Origin: a virus
Lineage: Duplodnaviria; Caudoviricetes
Length of the DNA: 55,548 bases
IMG/VR virus record: IMGVR_UViG_3300021963_000157
Coordinates: 1 to 55,548 of that record
Strand: one strand, 5' to 3'
Below the pieces are notes generated by a model. The model saw only the letters and a program-made list of their open reading frames with translations, was not told where the DNA came from and searched no databases. Both the position numbers and the translations under genes were made by a program. Shown in pieces: positions 27,345 to 36,946 of this stretch; positions within the stretch are counted from its first letter, which is position 1; the number at the start of each line of letters is the position of its first letter.

Positions 27345-30300
27345 ATGGCAAAGAAAAAAATAGACAATTATACATTCAGACCGGGAATTAGTTTCCTCGG
27401 CAATTTGTATCCAGACGAGTGGCAAAGTTTTTATGACAACGTGCCATTTATCAAAGCAGAGTTAACAGCTTATCTCAATTATAGGATAGATATCGACACT
27501 GACGTTAATTTATATCCTAATGCTGTACGTCTATTAGAAAACAACGTTAATTTTATTAAAGAAGAAGCCACAGCTTGGATAGCAACACAAGTAGCAGGAA
27601 ATTTCGCAGGATTTGTAGGTTATACCTATGACGTGGCTAAATGTAAACGAGATATTGGTTATGTCTTAGCAGCGTACATCCATGATATTCGATACGGTGG
27701 TAACGAAGATACTAGATCAGTTGTTGGAAAGTATTGGATTAATAACGAACCGCAAGTTGATGGAGACAGGCAAGCTGAAGTTAAAACTCATGAATTTATA
27801 AGAGATTTAATTACTGATTATATATTTCCACGTGCTGCCTATACTCCCCTTCAACTAGTTGCTACGAGATACACAGTTGCCCCATCGGCAGAAACAACCG
27901 CAGCGGCACGTATTGATACATTGTCTGCCGTTACTACCACAGTTATTGCCAACGGATTGTCTTCAATGCCTGCTATTTCTTATAAAGCAGCACCCTATGA
28001 AAATTATACTTTTAATTCTGAAAAATGTCAGCGAGATTTAGGATACGTATTAGATGCTTATCTACACGATCTAAGATACGGCGGTAATGAACAGACACGT
28101 TTTACCATACAAAAATATTACGATAACGGTGTATTACAAGTTGACGGCAGTGGCCAAGCAGAAGTTGAAGGTCACGAATTTATTAGAAATTTAATTATCA
28201 ATGGTGTAATGCAGAATCAAGCAGGAACAACATTGTATCCTGAAGCAGTAAGATTACTAACACTAAACAAATCATATCTACAAAATGAAATCGTTGGATG
28301 GATCGCCAACGAAGTTCTTGATGCTACCAAATGTGAAAGAGATATTGGATATCTTATAGACGGAGTAAAATTTGACATAGCATTAGGTACAAATTATAAT
28401 GCTCTATTCTTAGGACTAGCAGAATTTAATTCTATAGACAATGATTTCTTTGTCATAGATACTATACAAAGAACAAAAACAGCTATTGCCGCATTATCAA
28501 ACGTTGCTGCTAGCACAGCAGCAGTGGCTAGAAATAATGCTTTCTTCAACGAAGTTGTAGACATTATTGAAAACGGCAGAGAAAATGCCAACGAATTAAT
28601 ACTTGCCGAACCCAGCAATGCCACAGTTAGTAGGATCGCAGCTAAGAATCAGCTAGTTTCTAATAAGAATTTTTTAGCAGCAGAAGTTAATGCCTGGGTC
28701 GCAGAACAATATCCTGACGCTGATCATGATCCTGTAAAATGTGCTAGAGATGTCAAGTATGCTATTGACGCTCTTTGTTACGATATTCTATATGGCGGTA
28801 ATAGTGCTACCTACGATCAAGCTAGATTTTTCTTCTATAGTTTTGCTAACGGTACGACAGGCATTGATCCTACTCATCGACTACAAACAGTCGCAGCCTA
28901 TGTACATTTAAAACAAGTTGTTGGACAGATAGTATTAAATGAATTTGTTACAAAAACAGACGGCAACACCCTAACACAAAATCGTACTTTTCCTGCTGCT
29001 AACTCAGCAGATGCGACAATATGTCAAGACCTAGTACAGATCACTGCTACTGTTGTAGCAGCGACAACACAAACACAAGCTAATACTATATTATCAGGTA
29101 TAGTTAGAACAACTCCCGGTATTACTTTTGCCACAGCACCTTTACAAACTGCGTTCAATGCTATCACCACAGGAAAAACTTCAGTAATTAATGAAGTGGT
29201 AGTTTTCAAAGGATATACCTATGACGCAGCAAAGTGTGTTAGAGATTCTGGTTATGTGATAGATGCGTTAATATACGATTTAGAAAATAACGGTAATGAA
29301 GAATCAAGACGTATTGCTCAAAAATATTATATTGATGGAGTATTCCAGGTTGACGGATCTCGCATTCCGGAAATAGCCAGTTACAGATTTTTACAAGAAG
29401 TAATTGTTGATTATATTTTTCCAAGAGTCAACGCACCAGATTATCAAATAGTTTATCCACAGATATTAACAGCACCGTCGGCGGAGTCAGGTGCCTACGC
29501 AAGAATTACAGAACTTACCAACGTCTTTATTAATTTCTTAGAAGATGGTCCTACTAGCCTACCGGCAGTTTCTCCAAGAACTGTTCCATATCAAACAGTA
29601 GAAGAACAGATTGTAGATACTTCCAAGGCCTATGATCCAGAGGCAGGCACAGTAATTCTTACTCTTTCAAATAATTTAGTTAATATTATTGAACAAGGCG
29701 AAAGCAGTTTACCAGCTAAAGAAGCTGCGGGATATGGATTGATTAAATTCCAAGGGCCCATTCGACTTGAAGATCTATTACTAATCACAAATACCAGTAA
29801 AAATGTAGTTATATACAATTTTTCTACAAACACTGCCGGCGGCGATCTCGTGCCAGAGTTTGATGGAGACGATGATTTTGTAGCATTTAAACAAGTTACT
29901 GATAGGGTCGTACATCTGCGTCTAAACTCAGATACATCTACCATGGACGAAACTGACGAATTACAGATATTCGTTGAATCGGCCGAGATGAAAGTTCGTC
30001 CTTATGATTTTGGTACAGATGCTATTGAACGTCATAGAGTTGCTGCTCCACAGTCCATGCTTGACGCTGACTTTGAATACGGTCTACAACCAACTAAGTG
30101 GCAGGCTATTGGTATAGCTAGAGGATACCCTTCGGTTTACGAAATTCCTGGATCTGATTTTGAAGTAACAGCTATAACGTCCGATGCTTCTTTTCCAAGT
30201 AATGGCGTAGGTGCTTCAACAATCACAGTGACTACCGCAGCACCACATGGTTTATCCACAGGTACTCCAATAACCGTTGCTGGGCTCGATACAGCTATTT

Positions 30301-33300
30301 CTGGTATCAGTCGAGCAGAAGGTGCGTTTGTTATTGTAACAATTCCAACACCTACTACACTTACCTATTTTGCTAAATCAAGAGTAGGAAATACATCCGG
30401 AACAAGTCTAAAAACTACCTATACCCAGATAAGAAAAGGCGGTTTTTACACAGGTGCTTCTATCGGGTCACCAACGATAAACTTGTTATCAAACGGAACC
30501 TCTGGAACATTTGTTACTCAATTTGATACACCATCGGCAACATCAAAATTTGCTGTAGCCAGCGGAACTATTCCTAGCATAGGATCGCCAATGAATGCTG
30601 CGACTGGCATCGGATTTGGATCTCAGGTTACTGCTGTTGTCGGTTCTGGCGGAGTTATAGTAACTCCTACAGTGCTAGGAGATTATGCTCCTACGCTTTT
30701 AGGACTAACCACTCTTACAGTTGCCAGCACATCAGGCATAGTTATAGGTCTAGGTGCCAATGATCAAACAGGTTCTTCTACGTTTGTTGAATCAATTGTT
30801 GGAACAGATGTTACGTTTAATAGACCATTTTCTGGTGCTATCATTGGTAACACTACAACATATACTGAGTTAACAGGAACTAATGAAATTTCAATTGGCT
30901 CAGCGGCAACATTTAATGTTGTTGGTAATTCTTCAGGCTACATATCTGTGTCAGTTAACACGGGTGGATCTGATTATCAAGTAGGTGATGTTCTAAGAAT
31001 TTTAGGATCGGATTTATCTGGTACAAGTCCTGCTAATGATCTATTGATTACTGTAGCTACTGTTTCTAGCGGTTCTATTTTAACAGCAGATGTTATTTCT
31101 GGAACTAGTTTAATGTCTTCAGGTAATGAAACTATTAGCGGCATTAATAACAGTTCTTATACCGCTACTAGTCCAGATAGTACATTAGGATCAGGTGCTA
31201 CCTTTGATGTAACTAGAACAGGCACAGGATTTTCTTCAGTGATTAATGCCGGCGGCACAGGATATGTCAAAGGCACTGAATTCTTAATCTTAGGAACAGT
31301 GTTTACCAGTAATGCAACTCCTGCTAATGATGTGACTATTACCGCTACACAGACAACGTCAACATTTACTGGATTATTACAAGATGCTACCTCGTTGTCA
31401 GGTAGCTCGGCACAGTTTAATATTAGTAGAATTGGTGCTGTTTATACTAGTTTAGTAGTAGCATTTGCTGGTAGCGGTTATGCTAGCGGCGAAATCGTAA
31501 CTATATATGGCACACAACTTGGTGGTAATACCCCTTCAAACGATCTTCAAATACAAGTCGATAATATTGGCGGCAGCGGCGAAATTATTGCAGCATCATT
31601 AGTTAGTGGACTAATAGCTAATGAAAATGCTCCCGGTGTTATTTCTCAGATATCTACTGCAGGAACAGGAGATGATAGAACTACTATTAATAATGTTCCT
31701 GTGGTCATAGTTCCAGGTTCTGGTATTAACGGAGAGTTTACTATCACTAGGACTGCCAGCGGTTACACTAATATCATAGTGTCCGATGGCGGTACAGCAT
31801 ATCTACCAGGAAATAGGATTAGAATTTTAGGTAGCGATCTCGGCGGAGCCAATACAACCAATGATGCTATAGTATCGGTAACGTCTGTATCACCATCTAC
31901 AGGTGCCATCACAGCAGCTACAGTAACTGGATTAGGTGTAGCTGGGATTAATCTACAATTATATTCTTCTGTAACAGTCAGTGAATTTACTACAGCAACA
32001 ATTACTTCCGGTACAGGATTAGGGTTTGGTACATTAGCTACATTACAGATTATATTCCAAGAACCTCACGGAATTCCTCCAGGCGGATCGTTTATCGTTA
32101 CAGTCAGCTCAGATAATGGATCTAACAATCATTCATTAGCCAACGGTTCGTTCTCTGCTACACAAATTCCAACTCGAAACACCATTACCTTCCAAGCTAG
32201 ATCACCAGGTGTGATCACAGGTGCTCCTATAACAGGAGTGGTGTATCCAAGACCTGATAGCTTCTTTACACATAGACCGTTCGACGGCGGTGTTCAACTA
32301 GGCACTGGAGGCCCACAACATGGCGTACAGGCCATACGTCAAAGTAAAAAATATATCCGTTATCAATCTGGTAAAGGTGTTATGTATACCACAGGTGCGT
32401 TATTCGCACCTAGCTATGATGTATTGACTATACTTGCTACGGATGTCGAAGTAGGTGCCACTATAGAAATTACATTAGGTGACAACGATCACGGCCTACA
32501 ACGCGGTGCTGTTATACGCCTTAGCGGTGTAACAACCGGAGGATATGATGGCGATTATACCGTTGATGAAATCGTCAGCGAACGAACATTTAGAATTATT
32601 GCTACGAAACGAGTAGGAACTAGAAAACCCGCACTAAGTTTTAATTGTCAAATTTCTACTTTACGCTGGAAAGGTGCTGTTGTCCGTGCTGGAGTTTTTG
32701 ACGATCAAAATGGAATTTTCTGGGAATATGATGGACAGACTCTTTGGGCTGTTCAACGCACTTCTACGAAACAGTTAGCAGGAACTATTTCTGTAAACTC
32801 TGGTTCGAACAGAGTTACAGGGCTTAACAGTAGATTCCGAGATCAGATCAAAGCAGGCGATGCTGTCACCATTAGGGGTATGACACACATAGTAACACAC
32901 GTTGACAGCCAGACATCGATGACTGTTAACCCAGACTTCCGAGGTGTCAACAACGTATCAAATGCTAAAATGAGTTTAGTTTCAGAAGTTAGAGTACAGC
33001 AATCAAACTTTAATAAAGATCGACTAGATGGAACCGGGCCTAGCGGGTATGATTTAGATATCACAAAGATGCAGATGATTGGAATCCAGTATTCATGGTA
33101 CGGTGCTGGCTTTATTGATTTCATGTTAAGAGGTTCGGACGGTAATTATGTTTTCGCACATAGAATGAGAAACTCAAACATCAATACAGAAGCTTATATG
33201 CGTACTGGTAACCTGCCTGTTAGGTACGAAGTTTCAAATTATGGTGCTACTAGCAGCTTAGTCAGTGATATTAGCAATACTGCTGCAGTAGTATCACTCG

Positions 33301-35432
33301 CAAGCGTGGCGGGATTCCCAGAAACTGGTATCGTTTATATAGACAATGAAATGATTTCTTATACAGGAATCGATCGAACTCTAAACAGACTAACAGGTTG
33401 TACTAGATCTGCTCAATTGGATTTATTCATAGCAGGTGCTAATAGAAACTTCACAGCCGGCGTGGCAGCAGATCACAGTGCCGGAACTGGCGTTATTCTA
33501 ATGAACAACACTACAACGCCACTAATTAGCCACTGGGGTAGTGCTTTCCTAACAGACGGTTTGTTTGACTCAGATCGAGGATACATTTTTAACTATGCGT
33601 CTACTGGTCTAAGTGTTAGCACAACCAAAGCTACTGCGTTCTTGATTCGTCTAGCACCTAGTGTTTCAAATGCGGTAGTGGGCGATCTCGGTGATAGAGA
33701 ATTGTTAAACAGAGCTCAATTATTATTGAAAGAGATAGCTGTTACATCAGATACAGGCACAGGCGGTATCATCGTTGAAGGAGTGTTAAATCCTCAGAAC
33801 TATCCTTCAAACCCCAGCGACATTGTTTGGTCTGGATTAACAGGCGTTGCTGCCGGTGGCCAACCTAGCTTCGCACAGATCGCTCCTGGTGGTTCTGTAA
33901 ACTGGTCTGGTGGAGTAGCTCAGCCCACTGCTACTGCTACGGCATTGAATACGGTAACTGCTAACGTAACGGTACCTAATAAAACAGCATTCAATAGAGC
34001 TACAGGATCTTCATTCGTATACGCAACACAAGCCAGCTGGAATTCTTCAGGTGCCACTGCTGGATTCGCTATAGCAGCCTCGGATACTAAATTCCAATCA
34101 GGCACTACAGTATCATCTGTGGCCGCAAGTCCGAGTCCAGTAGCTACAACGTTAGGTGCGTTAACTTCTAGTATGCAGACGTTCTTTAGGTCAGTTAATA
34201 CGACTTTCCCACAAGGCAACGGTGTAACAGCAACATTATTTTTTAATAATCAAGGTTATGTTCCGTTTCCGGTCAATTCTAGAATTACCGTAACTGGTGT
34301 AAACCCTAACGCATATAATGGAACTTATATTGTAACAGGAGCAGGCAATAACTTTGTTCAATATAATTCAACAGCGACCGGAGCTAACAACAACGGAACT
34401 ATTTTTACAGCCTATGTAGCAGGACAAACTGCGTTAAACATCACGGAAGCCAGTTGGAATAATATGACCAATCCAGTAACACAAACTGGATTTAGTGTAA
34501 CTTCGGCATTCCCAGGAGGAACTACGGTATCGTCAGTGTCAGGCATACAAGGCACATCGCCTAACAGATATTATACTGTAACAATGAGCCAAGGATTAAG
34601 TGCTGATTTACCATTATCAGCTCAAACTATCAACACCGCGTTCGGCGGTTCTAGAACAACTACCAATAATCTGTTCTTTACAGCAGCGAGTTGGACAGCA
34701 CTACCAGTAGATGTTCCAGTGGCAGGTACATTAACCAACGACTCTGGTAAATTTACCGGTGGAACAACTATCTCTACTATCAGCGGATTACAAACATTTG
34801 GAGGGGTTGGCTACTACTCTGTGGTGTTTAGTAGTAATTGCATAGGTACACTAGCAGGCGGAACAACTGTGACCTTTGATACTATACCCTACTATACCTT
34901 GTTCATAACTAGAACCACAGCAGCGGCTGTAAATGCTAACAATACTATTACGCTATCGCTGGCACAAAATACCGCAGTGACTAACTTTGTTTATTTTACA
35001 CAAGCATCGTGGGAAACATTGGTATCGACCTATTCAGCAGGTGCCGGCACAGAAGTCTCTGATGCTAAATTTGCTGCGGGTACTCGCGTAGCCACAGTTA
35101 GTACTTTACGAAGCTTTGGGGGCACTGGCTACTACTCTGTAACATTTACGCAGACATCCAATGCTGTGGTAGCAGGTGCTAGTACTATTACATTTAAATT
35201 TGGACAACCACCGTATGCTTTACCAGGTGAACAGGTATTCTCGTTCATCAGCTTGCCGGGAAGTTCAGATAGTTTGGATCTTTCAGAATTGAAAGAATTA
35301 ACCAATACTACCTTAGGCGGTAGGGGTACATTCCCAAATGGTCCAGACGTATTGGCTATCAACATCTTTAAGGTATCTGGAACATCAGTTAACGCTAACA
35401 TTATTCTACGTTGGGGCGAAGCACAAGCCTAA
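27345..35432 (+). CDS. Giant mosaic virion structural protein (2695 aa) with five KCxRD helical repeats and several beta-rich repeat families
   Basis: AAGGA RBS. Five KCxRD..Y..DA...D..YGGN repeats. LLLITN..KN..IYNF, DADFEYGLQPTKW, YIRYQSGKG, IQYSWYGAG and NLPVRYE motifs. Thr/Gly/Ser-rich. Confidence 0.75.
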   Translation: MAKKKIDNYTFRPGISFLGNLYPDEWQSFYDNVPFIKAELTAYLNYRIDIDTDVNLYPNAVRLLENNVNFIKEEATAWIATQVAGNFAGFVGYTYDVAKCKRDIGYVLAAYIHDIRYGGNEDTRSVVGKYWINNEPQVDGDRQAEVKTHEFIRDLITDYIFPRAAYTPLQLVATRYTVAPSAETTAAARIDTLSAVTTTVIANGLSSMPAISYKAAPYENYTFNSEKCQRDLGYVLDAYLHDLRYGGNEQTRFTIQKYYDNGVLQVDGSGQAEVEGHEFIRNLIINGVMQNQAGTTLYPEAVRLLTLNKSYLQNEIVGWIANEVLDATKCERDIGYLIDGVKFDIALGTNYNALFLGLAEFNSIDNDFFVIDTIQRTKTAIAALSNVAASTAAVARNNAFFNEVVDIIENGRENANELILAEPSNATVSRIAAKNQLVSNKNFLAAEVNAWVAEQYPDADHDPVKCARDVKYAIDALCYDILYGGNSATYDQARFFFYSFANGTTGIDPTHRLQTVAAYVHLKQVVGQIVLNEFVTKTDGNTLTQNRTFPAANSADATICQDLVQITATVVAATTQTQANTILSGIVRTTPGITFATAPLQTAFNAITTGKTSVINEVVVFKGYTYDAAKCVRDSGYVIDALIYDLENNGNEESRRIAQKYYIDGVFQVDGSRIPEIASYRFLQEVIVDYIFPRVNAPDYQIVYPQILTAPSAESGAYARITELTNVFINFLEDGPTSLPAVSPRTVPYQTVEEQIVDTSKAYDPEAGTVILTLSNNLVNIIEQGESSLPAKEAAGYGLIKFQGPIRLEDLLLITNTSKNVVIYNFSTNTAGGDLVPEFDGDDDFVAFKQVTDRVVHLRLNSDTSTMDETDELQIFVESAEMKVRPYDFGTDAIERHRVAAPQSMLDADFEYGLQPTKWQAIGIARGYPSVYEIPGSDFEVTAITSDASFPSNGVGASTITVTTAAPHGLSTGTPITVAGLDTAISGISRAEGAFVIVTIPTPTTLTYFAKSRVGNTSGTSLKTTYTQIRKGGFYTGASIGSPTINLLSNGTSGTFVTQFDTPSATSKFAVASGTIPSIGSPMNAATGIGFGSQVTAVVGSGGVIVTPTVLGDYAPTLLGLTTLTVASTSGIVIGLGANDQTGSSTFVESIVGTDVTFNRPFSGAIIGNTTTYTELTGTNEISIGSAATFNVVGNSSGYISVSVNTGGSDYQVGDVLRILGSDLSGTSPANDLLITVATVSSGSILTADVISGTSLMSSGNETISGINNSSYTATSPDSTLGSGATFDVTRTGTGFSSVINAGGTGYVKGTEFLILGTVFTSNATPANDVTITATQTTSTFTGLLQDATSLSGSSAQFNISRIGAVYTSLVVAFAGSGYASGEIVTIYGTQLGGNTPSNDLQIQVDNIGGSGEIIAASLVSGLIANENAPGVISQISTAGTGDDRTTINNVPVVIVPGSGINGEFTITRTASGYTNIIVSDGGTAYLPGNRIRILGSDLGGANTTNDAIVSVTSVSPSTGAITAATVTGLGVAGINLQLYSSVTVSEFTTATITSGTGLGFGTLATLQIIFQEPHGIPPGGSFIVTVSSDNGSNNHSLANGSFSATQIPTRNTITFQARSPGVITGAPITGVVYPRPDSFFTHRPFDGGVQLGTGGPQHGVQAIRQSKKYIRYQSGKGVMYTTGALFAPSYDVLTILATDVEVGATIEITLGDNDHGLQRGAVIRLSGVTTGGYDGDYTVDEIVSERTFRIIATKRVGTRKPALSFNCQISTLRWKGAVVRAGVFDDQNGIFWEYDGQTLWAVQRTSTKQLAGTISVNSGSNRVTGLNSRFRDQIKAGDAVTIRGMTHIVTHVDSQTSMTVNPDFRGVNNVSNAKMSLVSEVRVQQSNFNKDRLDGTGPSGYDLDITKMQMIGIQYSWYGAGFIDFMLRGSDGNYVFAHRMRNSNINTEAYMRTGNLPVRYEVSNYGATSSLVSDISNTAAVVSLASVAGFPETGIVYIDNEMISYTGIDRTLNRLTGCTRSAQLDLFIAGANRNFTAGVAADHSAGTGVILMNNTTTPLISHWGSAFLTDGLFDSDRGYIFNYASTGLSVSTTKATAFLIRLAPSVSNAVVGDLGDRELLNRAQLLLKEIAVTSDTGTGGIIVEGVLNPQNYPSNPSDIVWSGLTGVAAGGQPSFAQIAPGGSVNWSGGVAQPTATATALNTVTANVTVPNKTAFNRATGSSFVYATQASWNSSGATAGFAIAASDTKFQSGTTVSSVAASPSPVATTLGALTSSMQTFFRSVNTTFPQGNGVTATLFFNNQGYVPFPVNSRITVTGVNPNAYNGTYIVTGAGNNFVQYNSTATGANNNGTIFTAYVAGQTALNITEASWNNMTNPVTQTGFSVTSAFPGGTTVSSVSGIQGTSPNRYYTVTMSQGLSADLPLSAQTINTAFGGSRTTTNNLFFTAASWTALPVDVPVAGTLTNDSGKFTGGTTISTISGLQTFGGVGYYSVVFSSNCIGTLAGGTTVTFDTIPYYTLFITRTTAAAVNANNTITLSLAQNTAVTNFVYFTQASWETLVSTYSAGAGTEVSDAKFAAGTRVATVSTLRSFGGTGYYSVTFTQTSNAVVAGASTITFKFGQPPYALPGEQVFSFISLPGSSDSLDLSELKELTNTTLGGRGTFPNGPDVLAINIFKVSGTSVNANIILRWGEAQA

Positions 35433-35436
35433 AAGG

Positions 35437-35464
35437 TTGACAAACAGACTCTTTGCTGTATAAT
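35437..35464 (+). promoter_or_regulatory. Consensus sigma70-type promoter for the heptose operon
   Basis: TTGACA (35437-35442), 16-nt spacer, TATAAT (35459-35464). ATG 35471 lies 7 nt downstream with no SD. Confidence 0.8.
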
Positions 35465-35470
35465 TACAGC

Positions 35471-35866
35471 ATGAGTCTGATTTTTGTTAACGGTTCTTTT
35501 GATATATTACATCCCGGACATATTGATCTTTTAAACTATGCTAAGAGTTTAGGAGACCATCTTATGGTTGGCATCGATTCAGACGATCGCATTCGCCACT
35601 TAAAAGGGTCTTCTCGACCAATCAACAATCAACGATATCGAGCACACATGCTCAAAAATCTAAAAGCAGTCGACGAGGTCGTGATATTTGACACTGATCT
35701 AGAACTCATAAATCTCGTTGCGGCCTGCGACATTATGGTTAAGGGCAGTGATTACATGGGTAAACCTATCGTAGGCCAAGAAGTCTGCGACGAAATTATA
35801 TTTTTTGATAGGCTATATGACTATTCTACAACAAAAATCATTCAGGATATTACTAATAGGCGATGA
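35471..35866 (+). CDS. hldC: D-glycero-beta-D-manno-heptose 1-phosphate nucleotidyltransferase (HldE domain II / HldC-like)
   Basis: NGSFDILHPGH (HxGH), LKGSSRPIN, VDEV..F, VKGSDY and STT motifs. ATG 35471 is preferred over TTG 35453, which lies inside the promoter. Confidence 0.88.
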   Translation: MSLIFVNGSFDILHPGHIDLLNYAKSLGDHLMVGIDSDDRIRHLKGSSRPINNQRYRAHMLKNLKAVDEVVIFDTDLELINLVAACDIMVKGSDYMGKPIVGQEVCDEIIFFDRLYDYSTTKIIQDITNRR

Positions 35867-36581
35867 CTGTAACGATGTTTACACCTATGGGTATGTAAAC
35901 CGTATCAGTCCCGAAGCCCCGGTTCCTGTTTTCGAACCACACTATACTATCCACAAAGACGGTATGGCAGGTAATGTACGAAAAAATCTAGAAGCATTAG
36001 GCTGCGATGTTGATTTTCTAAGGGATAAAGACAGGGTCAGCGAGAAAAATAGGTTGATTGATGAACGCACCAAACAACAGATACTACGGGTAGATCGAGA
36101 TGTTGAAAGTACGCCCATTACCTTTGAAACAGCGATACCGCCTGTCTATGATGCTATCGTGATCAGTGATTATAACAAAGGCACAGTGACCTACGATCTT
36201 ATTGAAGATCTAGTTAAAGAAGTAAATGTACCGATCTTTATCGACACAAAGAAAACAGATCTAGCTCGACTGGCCGGCTGTTATGTAAAAATTAACAAAC
36301 TGGAACAAAGTCGTGCTACTAGCTATTTGCCCGACAATGATCATTTAATTGTTACACATGGGCGAGATGGTGCTCAATGGAACGGCTGGGTTTATCCGGC
36401 TGAAATAGTAGGTGATGTAACTGATGTATGCGGAGCAGGAGATACATTTTTAGCTGCTCTTGTTTATAAATTTTTAGAAACGACCCACATGCCTGACGCG
36501 ATAAAGTTTGCTAACAAAGCATCAGCGGTGACCGTACAACACGTAGGAGTTTATGCTCCAAGATTAGAGGAAATAAAATGA
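35817..36581 (+). CDS. hldA: Heptose 7-phosphate kinase (HldE domain I / HldA-like, PfkB family)
   Basis: RISPEAPVPV, GMAGNV, ISDYNKG and DVCGAGDTF motifs. Start taken at ATG 35817, overlapping the upstream gene by 50 nt. Confidence 0.9.
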   Translation: MTILQQKSFRILLIGDDCNDVYTYGYVNRISPEAPVPVFEPHYTIHKDGMAGNVRKNLEALGCDVDFLRDKDRVSEKNRLIDERTKQQILRVDRDVESTPITFETAIPPVYDAIVISDYNKGTVTYDLIEDLVKEVNVPIFIDTKKTDLARLAGCYVKINKLEQSRATSYLPDNDHLIVTHGRDGAQWNGWVYPAEIVGDVTDVCGAGDTFLAALVYKFLETTHMPDAIKFANKASAVTVQHVGVYAPRLEEIK

Positions 36582-36946
36582 CAGAAAGATTAACTGGAAA
36601 AGTAAACAAAGGTTGGGGTTTTGAAATTATATGGGCCACTAACGATCTTTACTGCGGGAAAATATTAGTGTTTGAAAAAGCAGGAAATAAATTTTCTATG
36701 CACTTTCATAATAAAAAAGACGAAACTTGGTTTGTAAATTCAGGCAAATTTAAATTGCGTTGGATCGACACCAAAGACGCTAAGATATATGAACAAGAAT
36801 TAAACGAAGGAGACACGTGGCATAATCCTCCGTTACAACCACACCAATTAGAAGCAATGACAGACGGTGCGATGGTGTTTGAAGTAAGCACAGCCGATTC
36901 AGTCGAAGATAATCACAGATTAATTCCAGGAGACAGTCAAAAATGA
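36578..36946 (+). CDS. Cupin-fold sugar isomerase-like protein (122 aa)
   Basis: KGWGFE, SMHFH..KDETW, P..PHQL and FEVST cupin motifs. ATGA-coupled within the operon. Confidence 0.75.
   Translation: MTERLTGKVNKGWGFEIIWATNDLYCGKILVFEKAGNKFSMHFHNKKDETWFVNSGKFKLRWIDTKDAKIYEQELNEGDTWHNPPLQPHQLEAMTDGAMVFEVSTADSVEDNHRLIPGDSQK

Noticed and set aside
35798-35866. Possible programmed frameshift fusing HldC and HldA at a T-run in their overlap
   Set aside because: Each ORF is a complete domain with its own ATG. A shift at the T-run would remove the STT motif, and split HldA/HldC enzymes are known.
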